The notes: a model not told the origin generated them from the letters alone. Positions 1 to 10,761 are shown, counted from the first letter of the stretch. The stretch: 64,000 nt of DNA from Alkalispirochaeta sp. (GCA_965242725.1 CBDESZ010000017.1:32001-96000); one strand, 5' to 3'. Numbers and translations are program-made.

Positions 1-1
1 A

Positions 2-1399
2 CCCGAACGGGACGAAAGCGGTCTTCCCGCCGCCGGGACCGTACGAACGCTCCTGGACACGGTCGAAACGGCGATCGGGAACGGTATTGTTGCAGCTGCC
101 GGCACCTTCAGTGAGACGGGAGCGATTCCCGCACTATCGGCGGCGGCTCTGGGGAACTGGTGCTCCCTCCGACTGGACGCCGCCGCCCTGGCACTGCTTG
201 AAGATCGCTTTGGTATGCATCAGGGAACCGGTGTGGCTGTCTACATTCAGCTTCACCCGGATGCAGGAGACGCCGCGACGGCGCTCACGGAGTCGCCCTG
301 TGCCGTCGTCCTCGGCCGTGTCGAACCCGACGGGACGGCCCCGCTCCCCTCCGACCGCCGCGGCCCCCTCTACGATCCGACGGGGCGGTCGATCAGCTGG
401 GGATCCCATTCCGTCGCCCTCTCCGATATACGTGACGCATGGTTTGACCCCCTTGGGGAAGTCTTTCCCCTGTCGGCCCGGTCTCGTATACACAATCATG
501 TTGCAGACCCGCACTCAACTGTCGATAGAGCCGGGAGTAACGCCCCCGAAGGTTCCTCCGCAAAGGAAGCCCCTTCCACCGCAACGAATTACTCACGGAA
601 GCGCAACACGATTGTGTATACAGCTCAAGGACACCCCCGGGTCTGCATTCCCGTCTTCCCCGGAACCAACTGCGAGTACGACTCCGCCCGGGCGTTTCGG
701 GACGCCGGGGCGATACCGGTGACGCCGGTCTTCCGCACGCACTCACCTGATGAACTGTCCCGGTCGATCGAGGAGCTGGCACGGCACATACGGGAATCCC
801 GGATCCTGATGTTTCCCGGCGGTTTCAGTGCCGGGGACGAGCCGGACGGCTCCGGCAAGTACATCGCCGCCATTTTTCGGGACGAACGACTGCGCGATGC
901 CGTAACGGAGCTCATGGAACGGCGGGACGGCCTCATCCTCGGGATCTGCAACGGCTTTCAGGCCCTCGTGCGCATGGGACTGCTGCCGGGGGGCATCGAA
1001 GCGATGGGACGCGCCCCGGAGGCGGGACTCTTTCTCAATGACACCCTCCGCCACATATCAACCTTCGTTCCCACCCGTGTCGTCTCCACCCGCTCGCCGT
1101 GGCTCGCCGCCACCGATCCCGACGCGATCTATACAGTCCCCATATCCCATGGCGAGGGGCGCTTCATCGCCACCGACGAGATGATCGCCGCACTCTCGGC
1201 GGGTGGACAGATTGCGACGCAGTATGTAGAGTACAACCCGAACGGTTCCGCCGCCGCCATCGAGGGCATCACCTCCCCCGACGGCCGCATCCTGGGAAAG
1301 ATGGCCCATAACGAGCGGGTCCGCCCGGGGCTGTATAAAAACCTTCCGCCCATGGCGGATATGAAGATCTTTGAAAACGGCGTCGCCTATTTCAGATGA
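2..1399 (+). CDS. purL: Phosphoribosylformylglycinamidine synthase, single-chain form, C-terminal part including the glutaminase domain (5' truncated by window edge)
   Basis: Frame is open from base 2. FPGTNCEYD, PGGFSAGDEPDGSG, catalytic LGICNGFQ, SHGEGRF and GKMAHNER motifs. Confidence 0.93.
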   Translation, partial: PERDESGLPAAGTVRTLLDTVETAIGNGIVAAAGTFSETGAIPALSAAALGNWCSLRLDAAALALLEDRFGMHQGTGVAVYIQLHPDAGDAATALTESPCAVVLGRVEPDGTAPLPSDRRGPLYDPTGRSISWGSHSVALSDIRDAWFDPLGEVFPLSARSRIHNHVADPHSTVDRAGSNAPEGSSAKEAPSTATNYSRKRNTIVYTAQGHPRVCIPVFPGTNCEYDSARAFRDAGAIPVTPVFRTHSPDELSRSIEELARHIRESRILMFPGGFSAGDEPDGSGKYIAAIFRDERLRDAVTELMERRDGLILGICNGFQALVRMGLLPGGIEAMGRAPEAGLFLNDTLRHISTFVPTRVVSTRSPWLAATDPDAIYTVPISHGEGRFIATDEMIAALSAGGQIATQYVEYNPNGSAAAIEGITSPDGRILGKMAHNERVRPGLYKNLPPMADMKIFENGVAYFR

Positions 1400-1503
1400 A
1401 TCACCGAATCGCCCGCCCGCGCTCTTTTGACGCGGTTGTGGACGGTTGTTCCGCGGTGACGAAGTTCAGAATAGACGATCCAGTGCATGCAATACATGCA
1501 GTA

Positions 1504-1574
1504 CACCCATATAATCCCGGTAATACGGTCCGGGAGTCTCTACAGGAAGACCGAAAATCTTTCTCCTATGGGTG
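1504..1574 (+). ncRNA. Purine (guanine-type) riboswitch aptamer
   Basis: P1 CACCCATA/TATGGGTG, P2 TCCCGG/CCGGGA with loop containing ATACGG, J2/3 TCTCTAC, P3 AGGAAGA/TCTTTCT with loop CCGAAAA, C at the specificity position (1566). Colinear with the B. subtilis xpt aptamer and upstream of purC. Confidence 0.93.
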
Positions 1575-1629
1575 GATTCGACAACGCCGCGCGTCTCTCG
1601 CAGGCGACCTTGAGCGTTGTATTCGAAAT

Positions 1630-1663
1630 CCGCCTTTCCATTGTGGGAAGGCGGTTTTTTTTT
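1630..1663 (+). terminator. Intrinsic terminator of the riboswitch expression platform
   Basis: Stem CCGCCTTTCCA-ttg-TGGGAAGGCGG followed by T9. GGTGGATTCGA (1571-1581) can pair with TCGAAATCCGCC (1623-1634) as an antiterminator. Confidence 0.88.
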
Positions 1664-1673
1664 GGAGGAGACG

Positions 1674-2402
1674 ATGACCGTCGACTATTCACACCCCCTC
1701 TATGAGGGCAAGGCCAAGCAGATTTTTCCCACCGATCGGGATGACTACATATGCGTCCATTACAAGGATGACGCAACGGCGTTTAACGGCGAGAAGTTTG
1801 ACCGCCTGGAGCGAAAGGGCGAGTACAATAACGCCATTTCTTCCCTGATTTTTGAGTATCTCCGGGACCGGGGCATACCTTCCCATTATGTTGAGCGCCT
1901 CTCGGTACGGGACCAGATCTGTCGGAAGGTGACGATCATCCCCCTGGAGGTCATCGTCCGCAATCGCGCGGCGGGATCCATGGCAAAGCGCCTCGGCCTC
2001 GACGAGGGACGGGACCTTCCCGTTACGGTGCTTGAGCTCAGTTACAAGAACGACCGTCTCGGCGATCCCCTGATAAACGACTACCACGCCGTGGCGATGG
2101 GGATCACCACCTTCGAACAGCTTGAAGAGATTTACCGCATCGCCCGGGAGGTCAACGACGGGTTGTCGGAGCTCTTCCGCCGGTGCGGCATCGATCTCAT
2201 CGATTTCAAGATCGAATTCGGCATCGACGGCGCGGGGACGCTTCTGTTGGCCGACGAGATTTCTCCCGATACGTGCCGCCTCTGGGACCACACGACGGGA
2301 GACAGACTGGACAAGGATCGCTTTCGCCGCGATATGGGAGGTGTCATGGAAGCGTACAGTGAAATTCTGCACCGCCTCGAGGGGCTCGGGGCGTCGTCAT
2401 GA
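1674..2402 (+). CDS. purC: SAICAR synthetase
   Basis: [49 protein letters not shown] at 1674 follows GGAGGAG. Confidence 0.96.
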   Translation: MTVDYSHPLYEGKAKQIFPTDRDDYICVHYKDDATAFNGEKFDRLERKGEYNNAISSLIFEYLRDRGIPSHYVERLSVRDQICRKVTIIPLEVIVRNRAAGSMAKRLGLDEGRDLPVTVLELSYKNDRLGDPLINDYHAVAMGITTFEQLEEIYRIAREVNDGLSELFRRCGIDLIDFKIEFGIDGAGTLLLADEISPDTCRLWDHTTGDRLDKDRFRRDMGGVMEAYSEILHRLEGLGASS

Positions 2403-3931
2403 GGGAGCAGGACACCAACCGAAGAAGCCCCGCTCCGCCGGCGCTGAACGGGCACGCGTCGCCGGCGCCCGGCACCGCCCCGCATCTGCAGCACGGCCAA
2501 CTTGCCGCCTGGGAAGGTGACAAGCTCCATGACGAATGCGGCGTCTTCGGTATCTTCACGCCCGGTGCGGAGAGCAAGGAAGCACGCAACATCGCCCGCA
2601 TCGTCTATTACGGTATCTATTCCCTTCAGCATCGCGGTCAGGAGAGCGCGGGCATCGCCGTCCAGAAGGACGGGGACATTTCCCTCCACCGGGGAATGGG
2701 ACTCGTGGCGGAGGTCTTTCCCGACGGCGTCCTGGACGCTCTATCCGGAACCGCCGCCATCGGACACGTCCGCTATTCCACGGCGGGTTCCAGCAATATC
2801 GCAAACGCCCAGCCTCTCATGGGACAGAGCAAGCTGGGGCAGATCGCCATCGCCCATAACGGGAATCTGGTGAACGCCCCGGTCATCCGCGATCTGCTTG
2901 AGGACGCGGGGGTCATGTTCCAGACGAGCAGCGACTCCGAGGTGATCCTCAACCTCATCGCCCGAGGCGCCAAATACGGCCTCGAGCGGGCGCTCTGGGA
3001 CGCCGTCCGCGCCATCCAGGGCTCTTTCTCCCTCACCCTTCTCACCCGTGACTCCCTCATCGCCATTCGCGATCCCAACGGCATCCGCCCCCTCGTCATC
3101 GGCCGCCGGAACGACAGCTATATCGTCGCCTCCGAGTCGTGCGCCCTGGACACGATCGGCGCAGACTTTGTTCGGGATGTGGAACCGGGAGAGATCGTCG
3201 TCATCAACAACGACGGACTGCGCTCCATGAAGCAGAGTGAACGCACCCATTTAATGACCTGTTCCTTTGAATACATCTACTTTTCCCGGCCCGATTCGGT
3301 CATTGACGGCGTCGACGTCTACGAGTCGCGTCTGCGCGCCGGGCGACGCCTCTTTGAAGAGAGTCACGTCGACGCGGATATCGTCTCGGGCGTGCCCGAC
3401 TCGGGCGTCGTCGCCGCGACGGGATACTCCGAGATCTCCGGTATTCCCTACGCGATGACGCTGATCAAGAACAAGTATGTGGGCCGCTCATTTATCGCCC
3501 CTTCCCAGGATCTGCGGGAGCGGGCGGTGAGCGTCAAACTCAACGTCCTCAAGTCGACGGTCCGGGGCAAGAGGATCATTCTCATCGACGATTCAATCGT
3601 CCGGGGAACGACCTCACGTCGTCTCGTGCAGCTCCTCCGCGATGCCGGCGCGAGGGAGGTTCATTTCCGCGTCGCCTCGCCTCCCGTCGCCTTTCCGTGC
3701 TATTTCGGTCTCGATACGCCGAGCCGCAAAGAGCTCGCCGGCTCCCGGGGGCTGGAAGAGATCCGGGAGATGATCGGAGCGGACAGCCTCGCCTATCTCT
3801 CCGTGCCGGGACTCCTGCAATCGCTCTCGACGAAACAGAACTTCTGCACCGGCTGTTTTACCGGTGTCTATCCCGTTGCCGCTCCCCTGGAGCAGGAGAA
3901 GAAACACCTTGAACACGCACCGCAGCGATAG
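2399..3931 (+). CDS. purF: Amidophosphoribosyltransferase
   Basis: LHDE|CGVFG propeptide/Cys1, [27 protein letters not shown] loop [10 protein letters not shown], Fe-S cysteines. Confidence 0.96.
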   Translation: MREQDTNRRSPAPPALNGHASPAPGTAPHLQHGQLAAWEGDKLHDECGVFGIFTPGAESKEARNIARIVYYGIYSLQHRGQESAGIAVQKDGDISLHRGMGLVAEVFPDGVLDALSGTAAIGHVRYSTAGSSNIANAQPLMGQSKLGQIAIAHNGNLVNAPVIRDLLEDAGVMFQTSSDSEVILNLIARGAKYGLERALWDAVRAIQGSFSLTLLTRDSLIAIRDPNGIRPLVIGRRNDSYIVASESCALDTIGADFVRDVEPGEIVVINNDGLRSMKQSERTHLMTCSFEYIYFSRPDSVIDGVDVYESRLRAGRRLFEESHVDADIVSGVPDSGVVAATGYSEISGIPYAMTLIKNKYVGRSFIAPSQDLRERAVSVKLNVLKSTVRGKRIILIDDSIVRGTTSRRLVQLLRDAGAREVHFRVASPPVAFPCYFGLDTPSRKELAGSRGLEEIREMIGADSLAYLSVPGLLQSLSTKQNFCTGCFTGVYPVAAPLEQEKKHLEHAPQR

Positions 3932-4952
3932 GGACGGGGCGGTAAGCTACGCCGAGAGCGGCGTCAACCGCGAAGAGGGGTATCGTACAGTTGATATGAT
4001 TCGCCGCCTCCTTGCGGGCCGGTCGACGTCGGCGGCGAAGGAGATCGGTTCCTTTGCGGCAATTCACCCCATCCCGGGAATCGACAACATCCTCCTCGGA
4101 GCCGCCACCGACGGCGTGGGAACGAAGATCGACCTCGCCGTTCGGTACGGAACGCTCCGGGAAGCGGGACAGGACTGCGTCGCCATGTGCGTCAACGATC
4201 TCGCATGTCACGGGATCTCTCCCCTCTTTTTTCTCGACTATCTGGCTTGTGACGCCCTTTCCGCCGTCACGGCATCCGAGATCGTCGCGGGCATCGCCGA
4301 TGCGGCGGCGGCGTGCGGAGCGCAGCTGATAGGCGGCGAGACGGCGGAAATGCCCGGCGTGTACGCACCGGGAAAGTATGACGTTGCCGGATTTGCCGTC
4401 GGCACGGTCACACCGGAACGATTGGTCCACAAGGGGCTTATAAAGGGCGATGAGACGTTGATCGCCCTGCCGTCGACGGGTGTCCACAGTAACGGCTTTT
4501 CCCTCATCAGGTCGGTCATTTCCGACATGGAGGTCTCCTTTCACGGAGGGCCGCTGTGGCGCTCCCTCCTCACTCCCACTGCACTCTATCCGCCGGTCAT
4601 CAATGAGCTTCTTGACGCCGTCGGTACGGCGGGTGTCCATGGAATCGCCCACATCACCGGCGGCGGATTGCACGAAAACGTACCGCGGATCCTTCCCGAG
4701 GGACTTACCGCAGTCATAGACACCAGAATCATGGCGGAACCGGACCTTTTCTCCCTCATCAGGAAATCGGGGGTGACCGGGGACGAGATGTATCACACGT
4801 TCAATATGGGCTACGGCATGATCATCGCCGTGGATCCCGCGGCAGCCGACAGGGCGCTGTCGACGGTACGGAGGAAGTTCCCCGGCGCGGAAGCGGTCGG
4901 GCGACTCACGGCAAGCCGGGGACCCGCCGACACGGGCGTGCACCTGGTGTAG
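3909..4952 (+). CDS. purM: AIR synthetase (phosphoribosylformylglycinamidine cyclo-ligase); start uncertain (TTG 3909)
   Basis: SYAESGV, TDGVGTK, AMCVNDL, PLFFLDY, GGETAEMPG, HSNGFSL, HITGGG, TFNMG. Confidence 0.94.
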   Translation: MNTHRSDRDGAVSYAESGVNREEGYRTVDMIRRLLAGRSTSAAKEIGSFAAIHPIPGIDNILLGAATDGVGTKIDLAVRYGTLREAGQDCVAMCVNDLACHGISPLFFLDYLACDALSAVTASEIVAGIADAAAACGAQLIGGETAEMPGVYAPGKYDVAGFAVGTVTPERLVHKGLIKGDETLIALPSTGVHSNGFSLIRSVISDMEVSFHGGPLWRSLLTPTALYPPVINELLDAVGTAGVHGIAHITGGGLHENVPRILPEGLTAVIDTRIMAEPDLFSLIRKSGVTGDEMYHTFNMGYGMIIAVDPAAADRALSTVRRKFPGAEAVGRLTASRGPADTGVHLV

Positions 4953-4987
4953 GCGATGCGGGGCGGATTGACGGATATCCCGGAACG

Positions 4988-5563
4988 ATGAAGCGAATCG
5001 CAGTTCTCGCAAGCGGCGGAGGCACCAACTTTCAGGCAATCGTGGAGGCCATACGGTCGGGCTCTCTCCCCGTATCGGTGGCGCTCCTCATCTCAGATCG
5101 GACCGACGCGACGATTCTGCACAGGGCTGCCGACGCCGGCGTACCCACCGCCGTGGTCGATCGCCGCACCCACGGATCGGGACTCTCCGATCAGATTCTC
5201 AAGCTCCTTCCCCGTGACGTGGAGCTGATCGTTCTCGCCGGGTTTCTTTCGATCCTGAGGGGAGACCTTCTTCGTCGGTTTCACGGACGGATCATCAACC
5301 TCCATCCCTCCCTCCTGCCCCGCCACGGCGGTCCGGGCATGTACGGCATCAACGTCCATCGCGCGGTTATTGCCTCCGGCGACGACGAGTCGGGGTGCAC
5401 TGTTCACATTGTGGATGAAGGCACCGATACCGGACCCATCGTGCTGCAACGGCGCCTTCCCGTTCTGTCCGACGATACCCCGGAGCGCCTTGCCGCCCGG
5501 ATCGCGCCACTTGAACACGAGGCGATCGTTGCGGCCATACGGACCGTTCTGAAAATGGATTAG
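4988..5563 (+). CDS. purN: GAR transformylase
   Basis: ASGGGTNFQA, LAGF, INLHPSLLP, SGCTVH, DTGPI. Confidence 0.96.
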   Translation: MKRIAVLASGGGTNFQAIVEAIRSGSLPVSVALLISDRTDATILHRAADAGVPTAVVDRRTHGSGLSDQILKLLPRDVELIVLAGFLSILRGDLLRRFHGRIINLHPSLLPRHGGPGMYGINVHRAVIASGDDESGCTVHIVDEGTDTGPIVLQRRLPVLSDDTPERLAARIAPLEHEAIVAAIRTVLKMD

Positions 5564-5587
5564 CCCGTCGTACCGGCCCGGCGCCCG

Positions 5588-6649
5588 CTACACCCGGTCG
5601 ATACGCGGCGCACCGGCGGGAAACTCCCACCACCGGTGCCCGCCACCCTGAGGACTCCACTTTCCGTCCCGTACGATGACGCTGTAGAGGTAGTGCTGCA
5701 TGAGCGTGCCGTGGTAGGCGGTCGGAACGGACCTCAGGAGGGCATCTATCTCTCCGGTAAGGAGCTTGATCGCCTCGCAGGCGGGAAGGGAATACTGGCT
5801 CCCCGCTTTCAGGAGCGCCTTCTGGGCCCGCTTGCTTGTAATTCTCTGTTTCAGCCCGAGGAATCCCGGCAGCTCGTCAAAGAGACGCCCTTCACTCACT
5901 CCCTGTGACCGCAACACCTGGAGGCCGTAGAGGCGGTCCAGCTGCCACGACAGTCCGCCGAGTATTTGTACCGGATCGTTGCCCACGAGCAGCTTGAGCA
6001 GGATGTCCAGGGCGTGGTCGAGATCGCGGTCGACGATCGCATCGTAGAGGGTGAAGACATTCTCTTCCCGGGCGTGATAAATGTAGCGGTCGACGTCCTC
6101 AACGGTTATGGTATCTCCCACAAAAGCAATCAACCGGTCCGCCTCCATGCGAAGCTCCATCGTATTGTTCTGGACGAGCTCAAGCATGAGCTCCACCGCA
6201 TCATTTTCGATTCTGACATTGTGGCGTCGAAAATATCCCTGCAGCCATCCCTGCTTCTGGTCTTCAAACATCTCCCAGAAGATCTTCTTGCCTGCGCTGC
6301 CTACCGCCCGTTCCACGTCACGGTGCACCGATATTTCGGCGCTCTCAAGGACGAGGACGGCGGTGTCGACGGGATGGGCGAGATAGTCCGCAAGCGCCTG
6401 AATGTCGTCTTTCTTCTTGAGTTGTTCCACACCACGATAGCGCACGAGGAGGGCGCTCCCGAAGAGCGAGCCGTTCTGCAGAATCGAGGTCACATGCTGC
6501 GACGGCGTCTCAAAGGCGTAAAAGGAATGTTCCTCCAACTCGTCTCCGAAGCGCTTGCGCAGGGCGATGCGAATTTCGTGGATCGCCCGCTGCTTGTCAC
6601 CCTCTTCCGGTCCGAGATAGAGCACGGCCCGCGGCAGTTGGCCCGCCAT
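5588..6649 (-). CDS. holA: DNA polymerase III delta subunit
   Basis: LYLGPEEGDK N-terminus, SLF motif, ENVFTLYDAI collar region; 353 aa. Confidence 0.85.
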   Translation of the reverse strand: MAGQLPRAVLYLGPEEGDKQRAIHEIRIALRKRFGDELEEHSFYAFETPSQHVTSILQNGSLFGSALLVRYRGVEQLKKKDDIQALADYLAHPVDTAVLVLESAEISVHRDVERAVGSAGKKIFWEMFEDQKQGWLQGYFRRHNVRIENDAVELMLELVQNNTMELRMEADRLIAFVGDTITVEDVDRYIYHAREENVFTLYDAIVDRDLDHALDILLKLLVGNDPVQILGGLSWQLDRLYGLQVLRSQGVSEGRLFDELPGFLGLKQRITSKRAQKALLKAGSQYSLPACEAIKLLTGEIDALLRSVPTAYHGTLMQHYLYSVIVRDGKWSPQGGGHRWWEFPAGAPRIDRV

Positions 6650-6652
6650 CGG

Positions 6653-7264
6653 TTAGGCGTAACTCCGGACGATGTGGACAAGTTTCCCGAGGATACGGAC
6701 ATCCCGTGTGTAAATGGGGGGATATGAAGGGTTTTCCGCCTTCAGCTGTACCCTGTTTGCCTCCCGATAGAAGCGCTTCAGCGTTACCGCCTCTTCAACC
6801 ATTGCTACGACGATGTCTCCATTTTCCGCGACGGGCTGTTGTGCGATGATCGCCACATCCCCGTCAAGAATTCCGGCGCCGATCATGCTGTTACCCTGGA
6901 CGTGCAGGGCGAAGTAATCGCGGTTCCGGAGATATGACGCAGGGACTTTGACGGAGCCTTCCCGATTCTCCATCGCCAGCAGGGGCGTCCCGGCGGCGAC
7001 GTTTCCCAGCAGGGGCACTTCCCGCACCTCGTCTACGGGGGCGTCCTTCACCGCCGTATTGAGCACCTCTATCGCCCGGGAACGTTTGGAGTCACACTTG
7101 ATGATCTCCTTCTTCTCCAGCGCCTTGACGTGGTCGTGGGCCCCTTTGACGGAAATGGAAAAGTGCTCCGAAATCTCCCGGATCGTGGGGGGATACTTGT
7201 TTTCCCTGATATATGAGGAAATAAAATCGAGGACTTCCTGCTGTCGCCGCGTAATCGGTCTCAT
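6653..7264 (-). CDS. lexA: SOS repressor LexA
   Basis: wHTH (YPPTIREI), Ala-Gly cleavage site (VAAG), catalytic Ser (GNSM) and Lys (TLKR). Confidence 0.95.
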   Translation of the reverse strand: MRPITRRQQEVLDFISSYIRENKYPPTIREISEHFSISVKGAHDHVKALEKKEIIKCDSKRSRAIEVLNTAVKDAPVDEVREVPLLGNVAAGTPLLAMENREGSVKVPASYLRNRDYFALHVQGNSMIGAGILDGDVAIIAQQPVAENGDIVVAMVEEAVTLKRFYREANRVQLKAENPSYPPIYTRDVRILGKLVHIVRSYA

Positions 7265-8610
7265 CGGTTCATCTCAATTCCAAGTTTCTTAATCTTCGCG
7301 TGCAGGCTGCTCGGATAGACGCCGAGGTCCTGGGCGGTCCGGGATACATTGAAGTCATGCTCCCGAAGCTTCTCCACCAGGTACCGTCGTTCAAATGCGT
7401 CCTTCGCGTCGGAGAGACCGAGGCCCAGGAGATCTCCCAGCGGAGACATCCGCGCCGCCGCCCGGGGGCTCCCCAGAAACCGCTGCACGTCGTCTTTTGA
7501 CAGACGATCGGTCCCAGCCATTATGCTAACTCGTTCAGCAAAATTCTTCAACTCACGAACGTTGCCGGGCCAGCTGTATGACCGCAACGCCTGGAGCGCT
7601 TCCTCATCAAGGGACACCTCGGCCCCCCCTTCCTTCAGAAAATCGGACAGGAGGTGTTCAATATCATCGCCCCGCTCCCGCAGTGCCGGCATATGAATCG
7701 GAACGACGTTCAGCCTGAAAAAAAGATCCTCCCTGAAACGGTTTTCCCTGATCTCCCGGTATATGTCCTTGTTGGTGGCGGCAATGATGCGGACGTCTGT
7801 GGCAATCGACAGCTCGCCGCCGACCCGCTCAAAACGCATCTCCTGTATCGCCCGCAGCACCTTTGCCTGCGCTTCAAGGGACATGTCGGCAACCTCGTCG
7901 AGAAAGAGCGTTCCACCGTCGGCGAGTTCAAATTTGCCTTTCCGTCCGCCCGCCGCACCGGTGAAAGCCCCCCGTTCATGGCCGAAGAGCTCACTTTCGA
8001 TAAGGGTATCGGGGATGGCGGCGCAGTTTACGGCGACAAACGATGCGTGTCTCCGGTCGCTGCGCTGATGTATCTCTCTCGCAACAAGCTCCTTGCCCGT
8101 TCCGTTCTCTCCCGTGATGAGAACGCGGGCGTCGCTGGCGGCGGTCTGCGCAATGAGATCGCGGACCGCACGAATGGCGGGGCTCGTCCCGGTAATCTGC
8201 AACGGTGATGCGACCCGTCCCTTCAGATCGTCGTTTTCCTGTCTCAAATCCTGGAGTTCCAGGGCGTTGCGAACAATGGTGGTCACCCGATCGAGGCTGA
8301 GCGGCTTTTCCAGAAAATCGAACGCCCCTTCCTTCACCGCCTTCACCGCCATATCGATGCTGCCGTGACCGCTGATGATAATAACCGGTGTATTGGGGTA
8401 GGAGGAGCGCACTTCCTGCAGGATCTCCAGTCCTCCCTTGCCCGGAAGCCACACGTCGAGGAGAACACAGTCGATGAGTTCCCGCTCCAGTATGCCGAGC
8501 GCGACCAGCCCGTCTCCGGCGGTCCGGACGGTGTAACCCTCATCTTCAAGGATATCACCGAGGGTTTCCCGAATTCCCCGCTCGTCGTCGACTACCAGTA
8601 TCGTTCTCAT
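7261..8610 (-). CDS. Sigma54-dependent response regulator (REC-AAA+-HTH, NtrX/NtrC-like)
   Basis: VVDDE receiver, GENGTGKE, GAFTGA, LFLDE, WPGNVREL, C-terminal Fis HTH. Confidence 0.93.
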   Translation of the reverse strand: MRTILVVDDERGIRETLGDILEDEGYTVRTAGDGLVALGILERELIDCVLLDVWLPGKGGLEILQEVRSSYPNTPVIIISGHGSIDMAVKAVKEGAFDFLEKPLSLDRVTTIVRNALELQDLRQENDDLKGRVASPLQITGTSPAIRAVRDLIAQTAASDARVLITGENGTGKELVAREIHQRSDRRHASFVAVNCAAIPDTLIESELFGHERGAFTGAAGGRKGKFELADGGTLFLDEVADMSLEAQAKVLRAIQEMRFERVGGELSIATDVRIIAATNKDIYREIRENRFREDLFFRLNVVPIHMPALRERGDDIEHLLSDFLKEGGAEVSLDEEALQALRSYSWPGNVRELKNFAERVSIMAGTDRLSKDDVQRFLGSPRAAARMSPLGDLLGLGLSDAKDAFERRYLVEKLREHDFNVSRTAQDLGVYPSSLHAKIKKLGIEMNR

Positions 8611-10451
8611 TCAGTTGATTCCCCGATCGAAGCGTCAACAAGATCCACCTCCCCGACATCGTCACCCACCGGCACCAGGATGATGAAGGTTGTGCCGCTG
8701 CCGAGTGCGCTTTCCACATGGATCCGACCATCATGATCGTAGACGATTCGCTCCACAATCGCCAGACCGAGACCCGTCCCCTCGCCGCCTTTGCTTGTCA
8801 CGTAAGGCTGGAAGATGTCCTCACGGATTTCATCGGGAATTCCCGGGCCGTCATCCTCGACCCGGATCCGACAGAACCTTCGCCCGCCCTGTACGATAAT
8901 ATCCGCCGCACAGGTGATTCGGACGACTCTGCCGCTCGCTTCAACTGAATTCTTGAAGAGATTCACAAAGATCTGCCGCAGTTGCCCCTTGTCGGCGTGA
9001 ATGATCAGATCAGGGGCGATAGCCGACCGGTCGACGACGACGTCGGGATCCTCATCGTAAACCGCTGCCGCTTCCCCGCAGATGCGTTCCAGTGCAACGG
9101 GCTCTTTCGTCGGCCCCGGGAGACGGGAGAACGACCGGAATTCGTTCAGGAGCGCCGTAAGCGCCTCGGTCTCACGGATAATCGTTGAGGTGGTGCGGTG
9201 CAGCACCCGTCCAAAATCGTCTGCCCCCGCCTCATACCGGCGCTTGAGTCGTTCCGCGGCGAGCCTGATCGGCGTGAGGGGATTTTTCACCTCGTGGGCG
9301 AGCCGCTGGGCGATCTCCTGCCACGCCTGAACCTTCTCCGCCTGGGCGATGCGCTGTCTTGCCCGGTCGAGCTCGTTTACCATCCTGTTGAACGAGGTAA
9401 CCATGACACCCAGGTCTTCCCCGGGACGGCTCAAAATACGCACCGAATAGTCGCCGTCGGTTACGCGACGGGTCGCCTCTTCAAGGAGTTCGATCGGCCG
9501 TATAATGCGGTCGGAAAAGAAGAAGCTCGCCAGAATCGACAAAAGGAGAAGGGGAAGGGAGAAAAAACCGTACATCAGCGCGACGACGAGTATGTATACG
9601 GGACGCAGATTCTCCAGGCGCGAGAAGATGCGAATGGACTCGGTAATAGTCGCCGCCTTCCGTTCAAAGCCGTCGGGTAGTCCAACCGTCAAAACGGCGA
9701 GTCCCGGTGTCTGCCCGTCCGGGAGATTCACCACAGTGGTCATACGCAAAAGCCCGACGCCGTTAATGGATACCCGATGAATCCGCGCCGAATCGCCGGG
9801 GCTCAAATCGGGGGGAGCTTCGGGAAGGCGAAGCCCTTCGGAACCGAGAAACACGAGTTCCCTGCCGTTCCCGTCAAAGAGCTGTACTCCCTGCGCGCGG
9901 GGCTGTCGCCTGGTGACCTCCGGCCAGATAGGCGCACCCGGGGAAACGTCTCCAAGGGTCGGCAGCCGACCGTCGACGATACGCTGCATCGTTCCGTCGG
10001 CGGCGAGAATTTCCAGATCGTGAATGTGCTGATCGTAGTAGTCCAGAGCCAGATCCAGACCGTGCTGAAGAGACAGTCCCGTATTTGTATTGAAGAGCAG
10101 CTGCATCGTGGAAGAGAGAACGCCGACGGCGACGATGCCCTGAGGCAGCGCGGCGAGGAGGACGACCACCGCAAAAAAGCCTGCAAGTCGCGCCTTGAAG
10201 CCGGCACCGGGCTTGCCCGTTCTCCGGTCCCGCAGGAGACGAAGGAGACTGAGAATGACGGCACCAAGCAGTCCCGCCGGCAGAAGTGCGGCAATAAGAA
10301 CAAAGACCCACAGTCGTGGACCGCTGAGAATGTCCGGGTCCGAGAGAACGCGATTGGAGAGCAGAACGGTCAGTATCACGATGACCACATACAACGCGCC
10401 GAGGCTTGCAAGTGTCGTCGATGACGCTGAGGCGTTCCGAAATACTCTCAT
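8607..10451 (-). CDS. Membrane sensor histidine kinase (NtrY-like, HAMP-HisKA-HATPase)
   Basis: Several TM helices, HAMP, AWQEIAQRLAHEVKNPLTPI H-box, NLFKNS, DDGPGI, GTGLGL. Confidence 0.92.
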   Translation of the reverse strand: MRVFRNASASSTTLASLGALYVVIVILTVLLSNRVLSDPDILSGPRLWVFVLIAALLPAGLLGAVILSLLRLLRDRRTGKPGAGFKARLAGFFAVVVLLAALPQGIVAVGVLSSTMQLLFNTNTGLSLQHGLDLALDYYDQHIHDLEILAADGTMQRIVDGRLPTLGDVSPGAPIWPEVTRRQPRAQGVQLFDGNGRELVFLGSEGLRLPEAPPDLSPGDSARIHRVSINGVGLLRMTTVVNLPDGQTPGLAVLTVGLPDGFERKAATITESIRIFSRLENLRPVYILVVALMYGFFSLPLLLLSILASFFFSDRIIRPIELLEEATRRVTDGDYSVRILSRPGEDLGVMVTSFNRMVNELDRARQRIAQAEKVQAWQEIAQRLAHEVKNPLTPIRLAAERLKRRYEAGADDFGRVLHRTTSTIIRETEALTALLNEFRSFSRLPGPTKEPVALERICGEAAAVYDEDPDVVVDRSAIAPDLIIHADKGQLRQIFVNLFKNSVEASGRVVRITCAADIIVQGGRRFCRIRVEDDGPGIPDEIREDIFQPYVTSKGGEGTGLGLAIVERIVYDHDGRIHVESALGSGTTFIILVPVGDDVGEVDLVDASIGESTE

Positions 10452-10484
10452 GGCGCGTGGCGGCAGAGCCCCCCGAAGGGGAGC

Positions 10485-10751
10485 CTAATCCTCTTCAAAT
10501 CTGTTCTCAAAGAGCTGTGCAAGGTTTTCCACGGCATCTTCCTCATCTTCCCCATCGGCGGATATGGTGATCCTGGAATTGTACCCGGCGCCGAGGGTTA
10601 TGATCCCCATGATCGACTTGGCGTTAATGGTGTCCCGGCCGTTTTTAAACTCGATGTGTGCGGAGTACTGCGATGCTGTCTGAACGATGAGTGCCGCCGG
10701 TCGTGCATGGATGCCCGCCCGGTTTTTCACCACCACTTCTTTTTCGGTCAT
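10485..10751 (-). CDS. ptsH: Phosphocarrier protein HPr
   Basis: GIHARPA (His15) and NAKSIMG (Ser46) motifs. Confidence 0.95.
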   Translation of the reverse strand: MTEKEVVVKNRAGIHARPAALIVQTASQYSAHIEFKNGRDTINAKSIMGIITLGAGYNSRITISADGEDEEDAVENLAQLFENRFEED

Positions 10752-10761
10752 GGAGCCAACC

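Noticed and set aside
2399..2536. Unusually long PurF N-terminal extension as a separate feature
   Set aside because: It precedes the Cys1 cleavage site, so it is a removable propeptide or a start-site uncertainty.
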